NCBI GenBank assembly: GCA_009786285.1
Contig: WQTK01000339.1
Coordinates: forward strand, 8,061-72,060
DNA: 64,000 nucleotides
Source: Candidatus Fibrimonadales bacterium
GTDB taxonomy: Bacteria > Fibrobacterota > Fibrobacteria > Fibrobacterales > Fibrobacteraceae
Direction: 5' to 3'
Position numbers and translations under genes: made by a program. Below are positions 49,370-57,531 of this stretch, one piece after another. Position 1 is the stretch's first letter. Each line of letters starts with the position of its first letter. The notes beneath the pieces were generated by a model. That model was not told where the DNA came from. It was given only the letters and a program-made list of their open reading frames with translations, and ran no database searches.

Positions 49370-50254
49370 ATGGAACAAACCCAAAAAGAGAATAAAGGCG
49401 AAATAGTGCTGTATCAAGCTGAAGATATGGTAAAATTGGATGTATTGCTTGAAAATGAAACTGTTTGGTTAACACAGGCGCAAATGGGACAATTGTTTGA
49501 AAAAAGCAGAAATACAATAACCGAGCATATACAAAATGTTTTCAAGGAAGGCGAATTACAAGAAGAAATGGTATGTCGGGATTTCCGACATACCACTCAA
49601 CACGGAGCAATAGAAGGCAAAACGCAAGTAGCAACAACAAAATATTACAATTTAGATGTTATTATTTCAGTAGGTTATCGAGTTAAGTCAAAAAAAGGCA
49701 CTCAGTTTAGGATTTGGGCTACCCAAGTGTTAAAGAATTACCTGCTTAAAGGATATGCCATTCGTCAACAAATAGAAAGCATAAAAAAGATATCCAATAA
49801 TCACGAGAGTCGTTTAATTGAAGTCGAAAAGAAAATTGATGTTTTCATAAAAACATCCGCTATGCCCTTAGAAGGAATTTTCTATGATGGGCAAATTTTT
49901 GATGCTTATACGTTTGTCTGCAATTTGGTAAAATCAGCGAAAAAGAGTATTATTCTCATTGATAATTGGGTAGATGAAAGCGTTTTGACTTTACTATCCA
50001 AAAGAAAAGACAAAGTATCGACTGAAATCTACACGCCAAAAATATCACAACAATTTCAATTAGATATTACAAAACATAATTCACAATATCCGCCAATTAA
50101 TGTGAAGATTTACCAAAAGGCGCATGATAGATTTCTGCTGATTGATGAGAATACTTATCACATAGGGGCATCAATTAAAGATTTGGGGAAAAAGTTGTTT
50201 GCATTTTCAAAGATGCAGATAAAAGCTAGTGACTTGCTTGAATCACTCCACTAG
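49370..50254 (+). CDS. RhuM-family (virulence-associated / ORF6N-type DNA-binding) protein
   Basis: IVLYQAEDM..LDVLLENETVWLTQAQMGQLF...YNLDVIISVGYRVKSKKGTQFRIWAT, and C-terminal HDRFLLIDENTYHIGASIKDLGKK. Confidence 0.7.
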   Translation: MEQTQKENKGEIVLYQAEDMVKLDVLLENETVWLTQAQMGQLFEKSRNTITEHIQNVFKEGELQEEMVCRDFRHTTQHGAIEGKTQVATTKYYNLDVIISVGYRVKSKKGTQFRIWATQVLKNYLLKGYAIRQQIESIKKISNNHESRLIEVEKKIDVFIKTSAMPLEGIFYDGQIFDAYTFVCNLVKSAKKSIILIDNWVDESVLTLLSKRKDKVSTEIYTPKISQQFQLDITKHNSQYPPINVKIYQKAHDRFLLIDENTYHIGASIKDLGKKLFAFSKMQIKASDLLESLH

Positions 50255-50370
50255 CTACCGCCCCTAAAATTATACAATAATCAAATAACCGTTAAATAAG
50301 AATTAAGTGCCTAAAAACAGCCTAAGCAAGCCATTACCGTTACCAAAAATAGGATTTTCTTGTGAAAATA

Positions 50371-50391
50371 GCGACAATGGCTGGCGTTGTG
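50371..50391 (+). promoter_or_regulatory. operator-like motif, copy B: GCGACAATGGCTGGCGTTGTG, 6 nt upstream of TATATT (50398-50403); the ATG lies 7 nt after the box
   Basis: The 27-nt stretch AAAATAGCGACAATGGCTGGCGTTGTG is identical to copy A. Confidence 0.6.
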
Positions 50392-50410
50392 AAATTTTAT
50401 ATTAATAGAT

Positions 50411-52711
50411 ATGTCTGGTAAATGGGATAATCCGAGTGTTCCTAACAGCGGTTGGGAATGTGTTGACGTTCAAGATTTGGGCGAGCCGATTATGACTTGC
50501 CAAATGTGTGAACGGGAAATAATTCGCTATGCGCATTATATGCAGCATCCGGCTTATAGATATGGATTGACAGTTGGCTGTATATGCGCTGGAAAAATGG
50601 AAGGCGATATGCAAAGCGCTAAAGAACGCGACGCATTTATGAAAAGCCGGATGAACAAAAGAAAAAACTGGCTTGAAAGAAAATGGAAAATATCCAAAAA
50701 CGGAAACCAATATGTAAAATCAGATGGTTTTCTTGTTGTTATGAAACAGAAAGACGGACTATGGAGTGCTTTTGTGAAAAGCGAAAGCGGAGATTTTGAA
50801 AAATGGAGCTCACGAAAAAATGTAAATGAAAACGAAATGAAACTGGCCGCCTTCGACTGCTTGACAAAAGTTTTAGCCGAAAAACGAAAGCCGTTGCCGC
50901 CGCCACAGCCATTACCATCACCGCCATTACCGTCACCGCCAGTATTGCAAATGCAAGCGCCGCCGTCACAGCCACAGCCAAAAATAAAGGAAGCTAAAAA
51001 CGATTCGGTTAATTTCACAAGCGAACAGAATAATATTTTTGAATTTATAAAAAGCGGAACGGGGCATGGAATAATAGATGCTGTTGCAGGGGCCGGAAAA
51101 ACCACAACAATAATGGAATGCGCAAAATATGTTGAAGATAAAACCAATGTTCTTTTCTGTGCGTTTAATAAGAGCATACAAAGCGAAATAGCAAACAAAT
51201 TCAGCAAACGGGGGCTAAATCAGGTAACTGTGAAAACCATTCATGCATTGGGTTTTCAAATATTAAAAGACAATAACAGCAGCAGCAAAAAATTCGTTGC
51301 GCAAGATTCAAAATACTGGACTATTCTGAACAAAGATGTAGAAATGCACAGGGAAATTCAAGCTTATATGGAAGAACTTTTGCGCATAAACGACTACGAA
51401 CTAAATGAGATTGAGAGCTACAAGCAATTTGCCGTTAGAGACATAATCCATAAATTCAAAGACCGATTGCTTGATATGAACCAAAAAATCAGGGCAACTT
51501 TAACTCCGTGCGATTTGGAAAAATTTAAGAATCTGGTTGAGCATTTTAATTTCTTTACCGAAGAAGAAATCAAGAAAAAAAAATTTGACAGAGAAATTGA
51601 GATTTATTTTGAGTGTGGCAAAATTTTGCTTTATGCAGGGAATGCTTTGGCAAAAGAGGCTTTGGTTATAGATTACACCGATATGCTTTATTTGCCTTTT
51701 ATTTGGAATTTGAGGGCATCAAGAACATATTCATTTTTGTTTATAGACGAATGCCAGAATTTATCAAAGTCTCAGCTTGCAGTGGTTCTTAAATACGGTC
51801 AAAGAGAGGGCAGGATTTTAGCCGTTGGAGATCCGTATCAGAGCATTTACGGTTTTGCCGGAGCAGACATAGAATCTTTTGACAGAATTAAAAACACCAT
51901 AAGGGCGAATCCTCTTCCTCTAACAACCTGTTTCAGGTGCCCGCCGAATGTTGTATCGCTTGCGGCCAGCATTAGGCGTGATATTTCTGCGAGCAAGCAG
52001 GAGCCGGGGGTAATTGAGGAGATTGCCTTTAAGCAGGTTATAAAGATGGCGAAGATAAATGATTTGATAATTTCTAGGTACAGGGAGCCTATTTTATTTT
52101 TGGTTTTTGAGTTTATAAATAAGAACATACAAGTGCAAATTCACAAGGATGAGGTTAATGACATTATAGATGAGTTGAAGAATTTATTTAAGCAGGAGGA
52201 GCGGGCTGCGATTATTACGGAAATTTCCGGTGGCTTTGAGACCATAAAGGATACCGTTTTCAACAGGTGGCTTTTTATTATTGAACGAGAGGCGAAAAGG
52301 CTGGAAAATTCCAGCGAGAGGCCGGTTTACATTAAGGCGAAAACGGAGTATTTGAATAACAGGCTTGAATTTATGCATAAAAAATATTTGCAGTGGAAAA
52401 ATTCTTGCCAAACGGTAAATGATATGTTGGTAAAAATAAAGGATTATATTTCTGCAACGGATAATTGCATTAAGCTTTCTACGATTCACAGGGCAAAAGG
52501 TTTGGAAGCGAGGCGTGTTTTTATTTTGAATTTCAATGATTTGCCGCATTTTAAACCTAATCAGAAGCCGTGGGAAAGGATTCAGGAGCAAAATTTGAAA
52601 TATGTAGCCATAACTCGGGCGTTGGAAGAGCTTTATTTGGTGAAGAGCGAGAAAATTGATGATATTAAGAAGGAAGCAAGTTTGTTTGATGAGTTTTTGG
52701 TGGATATATAG
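50411..52711 (+). CDS. SF1 UvrD/Rep-like helicase with an N-terminal Cys-rich domain and a Pro-rich linker
   Basis: Walker A AGAGKTTT (about 51086-51109), FIDECQNLS, VGDPYQSIYGFAGA, TCFRCP, STIHRAKGLEA and VAITRA. The N-terminus is W-C...CxxC...GCIC, and the linker is PLPPPQPLPSPPLPSPP. Confidence 0.85.
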   Translation: MSGKWDNPSVPNSGWECVDVQDLGEPIMTCQMCEREIIRYAHYMQHPAYRYGLTVGCICAGKMEGDMQSAKERDAFMKSRMNKRKNWLERKWKISKNGNQYVKSDGFLVVMKQKDGLWSAFVKSESGDFEKWSSRKNVNENEMKLAAFDCLTKVLAEKRKPLPPPQPLPSPPLPSPPVLQMQAPPSQPQPKIKEAKNDSVNFTSEQNNIFEFIKSGTGHGIIDAVAGAGKTTTIMECAKYVEDKTNVLFCAFNKSIQSEIANKFSKRGLNQVTVKTIHALGFQILKDNNSSSKKFVAQDSKYWTILNKDVEMHREIQAYMEELLRINDYELNEIESYKQFAVRDIIHKFKDRLLDMNQKIRATLTPCDLEKFKNLVEHFNFFTEEEIKKKKFDREIEIYFECGKILLYAGNALAKEALVIDYTDMLYLPFIWNLRASRTYSFLFIDECQNLSKSQLAVVLKYGQREGRILAVGDPYQSIYGFAGADIESFDRIKNTIRANPLPLTTCFRCPPNVVSLAASIRRDISASKQEPGVIEEIAFKQVIKMAKINDLIISRYREPILFLVFEFINKNIQVQIHKDEVNDIIDELKNLFKQEERAAIITEISGGFETIKDTVFNRWLFIIEREAKRLENSSERPVYIKAKTEYLNNRLEFMHKKYLQWKNSCQTVNDMLVKIKDYISATDNCIKLSTIHRAKGLEARRVFILNFNDLPHFKPNQKPWERIQEQNLKYVAITRALEELYLVKSEKIDDIKKEASLFDEFLVDI

Positions 52712-52731
52712 ATTTTTTTGGAAAAGAAATT

Positions 52732-52752
52732 GCGACAATGACTGGCGTTGTA
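52732..52752 (+). promoter_or_regulatory. operator-like motif, copy C: GCGACAATGACTGGCGTTGTA, 6 nt upstream of TATATT (52759-52764)
   Basis: 19/21 to copies A and B. The downstream 36-nt leader is nearly identical to that of copy A. Confidence 0.6.
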
Positions 52753-52794
52753 GATTTCTATATTCCTTTTTAACATCAACAAGTGAGGTGAAAA

Positions 52795-53232
52795 ATGTCA
52801 GAAATGAGATGTCAGTTTTGTGGCAAGGAACTGCAAGAGTATGAACTTAGCGGAGGTTCGTATTGTCAAAGCGGACCAGATAATAAGCATCAACCCGCCA
52901 AAGGATCAGGATTAGAAATGAGATGTTGTTTTTGTGGCAAGGAGTTACAAGAATATGAACTTAGCGGAGGTTCGTATTGCCAAAGTGGACCAAATAACAA
53001 GCATCTACTGGTTTTAGTAAATGAAATGAGATGTTGTTTTTGTGGCAAGGAGTTACAAGAGTATGAGCTTAGTGGGGGTTCATATTGCCCAAGTGGGTCT
53101 AACAACAAACATAAGCTAGCTTCAGAGGCTGAAATGAAATGCTGTTTTTGTGGTAAAGAACTGCAGGAGTATGAACTTAGCGGAGGTTCGTATTGCAATG
53201 ATGGGCCGGGGAACAAGCATAGGCTGGCTTGA
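52795..53232 (+). CDS. protein made of four tandem C3H zinc-knuckle-like repeats
   Basis: EMRCCFCGKELQEYELSGGSYCxSGPxNKH occurs four times (CxxC-x14-C-x7-H, counted). Confidence 0.7.
   Translation: MSEMRCQFCGKELQEYELSGGSYCQSGPDNKHQPAKGSGLEMRCCFCGKELQEYELSGGSYCQSGPNNKHLLVLVNEMRCCFCGKELQEYELSGGSYCPSGSNNKHKLASEAEMKCCFCGKELQEYELSGGSYCNDGPGNKHRLA
52801..53229. repeat. in-frame tandem repeat, 4 copies, period 114/108/108 bp
   Basis: The GAAATGAGATG units start at 52801, 52915, 53023 and 53131. Confidence 0.9.
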
Positions 53233-53243
53233 TGAGGTGAAAA

Positions 53244-53819
53244 ATGGCTAAAAAAGCTAAACCTGTAGCAAAGAAAACTCCTGTTAAAATTGCGTCGGCA
53301 AATCCAGCAGCGACTAAAGCTCAACCTGCAACAAGAGAACAATACGAAACATGGAAGAAAGAAAAAGATAAAAAAGTGAATGCCATTTTAGATTCCGCTT
53401 ATCCAAAATTATTATCTCCCGATGTAACTCAGGAAATGCAGGAAATGCTGAATGTTTCCAGTTCTGTTATTGGAAGTTTATCAGCAAAAACACAAGAAAT
53501 CATAGAAGTGTTGGAAAGTTCCTTCTCTATTGTTGGAGGTTTATCGGTAAAGCTAGTTGAAGATTTTTTGAATGGGAAAGATATAAATACAAAGCAATGT
53601 CGCAAGATTTTGAAAATACTTGATGTTTTTGAAGGTTCTAGTAATTTTGATTATTTTGACGAATATGCAGACAAAGGAGTCATAGGAATTAGATGCCATA
53701 GCATAGGTTATCTAATCAGAATTTACATTGTGAATATGGCTATTCGCAAATTAAAACAGGAAAATCCGAAATTAGGTGAGTTGCTTCAAATTTTGGATGA
53801 GTTGGATATAGAGAGATGA
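53244..53819 (+). CDS. hypothetical protein with a Lys/Ala/Pro-rich (histone-H1-like) N-terminal tail
   Basis: MAKKAKPVAKKTPVKIASANPAATKAQPA is followed by a helical domain. It starts 11 nt after the upstream stop and has a GAGGTGA Shine-Dalgarno. Confidence 0.5.
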   Translation: MAKKAKPVAKKTPVKIASANPAATKAQPATREQYETWKKEKDKKVNAILDSAYPKLLSPDVTQEMQEMLNVSSSVIGSLSAKTQEIIEVLESSFSIVGGLSVKLVEDFLNGKDINTKQCRKILKILDVFEGSSNFDYFDEYADKGVIGIRCHSIGYLIRIYIVNMAIRKLKQENPKLGELLQILDELDIER

Positions 53820-53958
53820 GACAATTCTTTGAAAAAAGTAGAACTAAAATCAATAGCTGCTCAACCAAATGCAGGGAAGAAGTCTCCAACTGCGGCTCGA
53901 GTAAAGAAATGAGGCTTTTGAGTTTTGTATATTTGCGTTTAACAAAAAGGAGATAAAA

Positions 53959-56898
53959 ATGTTTTTAAATTCTAAAAAATTCTATGAAGATCTTTGCGAA
54001 AATAATATTCTTGATTACGGCCGTAAGGAAAAACATCTTGAGCATTTTGGAAATCTTTATGCCGATAATACACACTTTATCTATGAACTATTGCAAAATG
54101 CAGAGGATGCAAAAGCGAAGTCTATTCTATTTCAATTATTTGATGACCGTTTAGAGATTTTACATAATGGACAAAAATTCTCCGAGGAGAATGTTAAAGC
54201 AATTACACAAATTGCAGAAAGTGCAGAAAGTGAATATAAAAAAATTGGAAAATTTGGACTTGGTTTTAAATCAGTATATGCAATAACTGATATCCCACAA
54301 ATATATTCTGGAGATTTTCATTTTAATATAGAAAAATACATTCGTCCATCAGAAATACCCAACAGGAAAATTGATGATAAATGGACAACTTTATTTGTCT
54401 TGCCTTTCAAAATAGATAAAAAACAGGAAATTTATGAAAAAATATCAAAAAGACTACAGAATACAAACGTACGCATTTTATTATTTTTAACTTATATTGA
54501 AGAAATGAAATTTAGTATAAAAAACATATGTGATGGCAAGTATTTGAGAAAAAACGAAAATAAAAATGGGTTAAATCAAATTGTTGTTACAAGCCAAGAT
54601 AAATCAGAAAATTTATTTGTATTTGATAAAGAGATTGATAACAAAAAAGTAGAAATAGCATTCTTATATGATGAGAAGGAAAATATAATAAATAAAACAA
54701 TAGATACAGATTTAGTCGTATATTTCCCAACCGCAAAAAAAACTAACCTTGGCTTTCTACTTCACGGAAACTTTAACACAACTCCTGCTCGCGATAATAT
54801 TCTGGAAGATGACAAACATAACAACGCTCTTGTAAAGATGGCTGCGGAATTATTGGTTGAAGCGATGCAGAAAATTAAATCCGCTAATTTGTGTAATATA
54901 TCATTTTTAGAATCCCTCCCCATAATAGCCTCTGATTTTCCAGAGAGTAATATCTTTTATCCATTGTTTAAAATAACAGCAAATACCCTTAAGCATCAAA
55001 ATTATTTGCCTATGTCAATAGGAGGATTTATCTCTGCTGAAAAAGCAATTATCGCAGCTACATCTGACTTAATTGATTTGTATGAACCTGACGGGAAGCA
55101 TTGGTTGTCAAAAGAAATAACCGAAAAATATTTACATTTATATAATTATTTACGACATTCCCTTGGCATTGAATATGTAACACCAGATAAATTTGCAAAT
55201 AGAATTGATGAAAATTTTCTTCACAAACAATCAGATGATTGGTTCATAAAATTTTATATTTTTTTGAACAATGGGCGAAATGCTCTATGGCGCGAAACTC
55301 CTAATCCTGAAGGTGTTCTACGCTCAAAACCTATCCTTCGCCTTGAAGATAATACTTTAAAAACACCAAAAGAAGAAGTTTTTCTTCCGATAGAAAATTC
55401 TGTATCCAATTGTCCAATGATTAAATCTTCAATTGCAACCAATGAAGAAGCTTTAGCTTTTTTAAAAGTATTAGGATTGGACAAGCCTGAACCGATAGAT
55501 GATATTATACAGAGAATTTTTCCAAAATATAAAACTACTCCATACGTATCAGAAGCAGAATACAAAAATGATTTAAACTCAATTCTAACTATATTAAAAG
55601 ACGAAACACAAGATGAAAAAAATAAATTAAAAGGAAGACTACAAAACCTAATGGTTATAAAATGTTCCGATGAAAAATTTAGAAAACCTTCTGATGTTTA
55701 CTGCAATAATGAGAATATGAAAAAATGGTTTAAGTACTCGAGTAACATACACTTTGCAAACAATATATTAAATAATTGTGATTGGAAATTATTCAATGTA
55801 GCCGATTTACCTCGTAAAATACTTCTAAATACTCTTCCTAATGGAGTCCAAAAAGCGTATTTTCCTAGATACAACGCCAAAGAATATAAAATTGAAAATT
55901 ATGACTTGGATGGCTTGAACGATTTCATTATAAACATAAATCCCGATGATTCTCAAATTATCGCGAACGTTATCGTTTCTAAATTTTATGTCGACAGACG
56001 TCTTTTTGATGGAGAGCAGGATTATTCTTATAATGGCCCTAAAAAGTCTTATTTCAAAAATAATATCCATCAAATATTAAATAATTCGAAATGGATTCTT
56101 GGAAATGATGGTAAATTGTATGAACCAAAAGGCATCATAGCAGAAGATATCGCTAAAAATATTGCCGAAAACATAATTAATATTAATTTGCCCTTTGATT
56201 TTAAAAAAAACGAAGAAAAAGAATTAGAAGAAAATTTAGCAACCTTAGGAAAAAAAATTGTTAACTTAGCGGAATATGAAGAATTTCAAAAATGGAAAGA
56301 ATTGAACGATGAAGAAAAGTCGCAAGATTTATATGAAGGTATTTTAGAACCTCAATATTCAATTGATGAAACAACGCCAATCGAAAGGTCAATAGCTCTA
56401 ATGCAAGAAGATAAAGGAATAGGAGGTTCTAGAAAAATCTCTTTTCTAGAACAAACAGTGAATATTCTACCAGATGTGAAAATTAAAACTCCTATTCTAG
56501 ACACTAAAAAAGCTAAAGAAATCGGACAACGTGGCGAAGATATAGTAAAAAAATTTTTGATAGACAATGAAGGATTTAATGAAAATGACATAAACATTCT
56601 TAATAATGAAGAGAATGTCGGAACGGGTCGGGATTTTGAAGTTAAAAAAAATGGCGAAATTATCAAAATTATAGAAGTAAAATCTACAGTCGATCTAGGA
56701 CCAGTTCATACATTTCCTATTTCAGGAAAACAATGGGAAACTGGACGCAGAGAACAAGATAAATTCTGGATTTATGCAGTATTTAACGTATGGAGCAAAG
56801 AGCCTATAGTTGTACGGATTCAAAATCCAATTAAGCAATGGAAATACGGTGATATAGAAGCGCAGCTTGTAAATTTAATTAGTAGGATAAAATCCTAA
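53959..56898 (+). CDS. sacsin-type GHKL ATPase fused to a C-terminal DUF3883-like (restriction-endonuclease-fold) domain
   Basis: YELLQNAEDA (54085-54111) and IGKFGLGFKSVY form the Bergerat-fold N-terminus. The C-terminus is GQRGEDIV...GRDFEV...IEVKST...FWIYAV. Confidence 0.7.
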   Translation: MFLNSKKFYEDLCENNILDYGRKEKHLEHFGNLYADNTHFIYELLQNAEDAKAKSILFQLFDDRLEILHNGQKFSEENVKAITQIAESAESEYKKIGKFGLGFKSVYAITDIPQIYSGDFHFNIEKYIRPSEIPNRKIDDKWTTLFVLPFKIDKKQEIYEKISKRLQNTNVRILLFLTYIEEMKFSIKNICDGKYLRKNENKNGLNQIVVTSQDKSENLFVFDKEIDNKKVEIAFLYDEKENIINKTIDTDLVVYFPTAKKTNLGFLLHGNFNTTPARDNILEDDKHNNALVKMAAELLVEAMQKIKSANLCNISFLESLPIIASDFPESNIFYPLFKITANTLKHQNYLPMSIGGFISAEKAIIAATSDLIDLYEPDGKHWLSKEITEKYLHLYNYLRHSLGIEYVTPDKFANRIDENFLHKQSDDWFIKFYIFLNNGRNALWRETPNPEGVLRSKPILRLEDNTLKTPKEEVFLPIENSVSNCPMIKSSIATNEEALAFLKVLGLDKPEPIDDIIQRIFPKYKTTPYVSEAEYKNDLNSILTILKDETQDEKNKLKGRLQNLMVIKCSDEKFRKPSDVYCNNENMKKWFKYSSNIHFANNILNNCDWKLFNVADLPRKILLNTLPNGVQKAYFPRYNAKEYKIENYDLDGLNDFIININPDDSQIIANVIVSKFYVDRRLFDGEQDYSYNGPKKSYFKNNIHQILNNSKWILGNDGKLYEPKGIIAEDIAKNIAENIININLPFDFKKNEEKELEENLATLGKKIVNLAEYEEFQKWKELNDEEKSQDLYEGILEPQYSIDETTPIERSIALMQEDKGIGGSRKISFLEQTVNILPDVKIKTPILDTKKAKEIGQRGEDIVKKFLIDNEGFNENDINILNNEENVGTGRDFEVKKNGEIIKIIEVKSTVDLGPVHTFPISGKQWETGRREQDKFWIYAVFNVWSKEPIVVRIQNPIKQWKYGDIEAQLVNLISRIKS

Positions 56899-56936
56899 TA
56901 ATATTTTGATCAAGCATTTTTTAACCATTAAAAATC

Positions 56937-56957
56937 ACGACACCCACTGTCGCAACG
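56937..56957 (+). promoter_or_regulatory. operator-like motif, copy D (diverged): ACGACACCCACTGTCGCAACG, containing the perfect inverted repeat CGACA-N5-TGTCG; 6 nt upstream of TACATT (56964-56969)
   Basis: It has the same AAAAT prefix, the same spacing to the -10-like box and the same 7-nt distance from box to ATG as copy B. Confidence 0.5.
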
Positions 56958-56976
56958 CATTTGTACATTATAAATC

Positions 56977-57531
56977 ATGAACCAATGCACCAAATGCAAC
57001 CGCTCGCTAAAACCCGCCGCAAAGTTCTGCTCCGCTTGCGGCACGGCTGTACAACCCACCCCACAATGCGCAAAATGCGGAACTTATTGCGAAAAAGACG
57101 CTAAATTCTGCTCAGAATGCGGAAGCGTTGTTGGAGTAGATGCAGCTTTGTTTGGAGAATTTGTTGATGACAGAGACGGCACACGATACAGAACCGTGAA
57201 AATAGATGGCAAAATCTGGATGGCAGAAAACTTGAACTACGATGGAAAAAGCGTCTATGACTGGGCTAACGCCCGGAACGCTTGCCCAGACGGATGGCAC
57301 CTACCCAGCTTTAGAGAATGGTACGAACTCCTGAACTCTAACTGCGAAAACAGCGAATTTTACAGGATTTTCGGCATTGGCAAACACGACCACTGGTGGT
57401 GCGCAGAAGAAGATAGCAAAGAAAGAAGCCTCTCGTGGCACATATCGCATAATAATGGCTTTTTTTACAACAATTCACACAAATTATGCCTATTTGAAGT
57501 TCGGTGCGTGAAAGGAGGTGCCCATGATTGA
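56977..57531 (+). CDS. double zinc-ribbon plus truncated FISUMP-domain protein, with no signal peptide or TM segment
   Basis: CTKCN..FCSACG and CAKCG..FCSECG, followed by FVDDRDGTRYRTVKIDGKIWMAENLNY...CPDGWHLPSFREW...VRC. Confidence 0.7.
   Translation: MNQCTKCNRSLKPAAKFCSACGTAVQPTPQCAKCGTYCEKDAKFCSECGSVVGVDAALFGEFVDDRDGTRYRTVKIDGKIWMAENLNYDGKSVYDWANARNACPDGWHLPSFREWYELLNSNCENSEFYRIFGIGKHDHWWCAEEDSKERSLSWHISHNNGFFYNNSHKLCLFEVRCVKGGAHD

Noticed and set aside
38518-50300. The 22-bp inverted copies at 38518-38539 and 50279-50300 as terminal inverted repeats of a 12-kb mobile element
   Set aside because: The interval contains higher-GC core genes (map, mltG, nadA, murI, a Wza-like exporter) and no transposase or integrase. 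The motif also occurs a third time as a direct neighbour at 38453-38473.
50554-51207. A 217-aa minus-strand ORF with a Gly/Asp/Asn-rich tract
   Set aside because: It is antisense to the helicase gene. The Gly-rich tract is the reverse complement of the Pro-rich linker.
52184-52738. A 184-aa minus-strand ORF
   Set aside because: It is antisense to the helicase C-terminal motifs and has no features of its own.
52801-53229. 108-114-bp repeats considered as a non-coding array or satellite
   Set aside because: They are in frame and preserve the Cys/His positions in every unit. They are preceded by a Shine-Dalgarno and an ATG. A protein-coding repeat is the simpler explanation.
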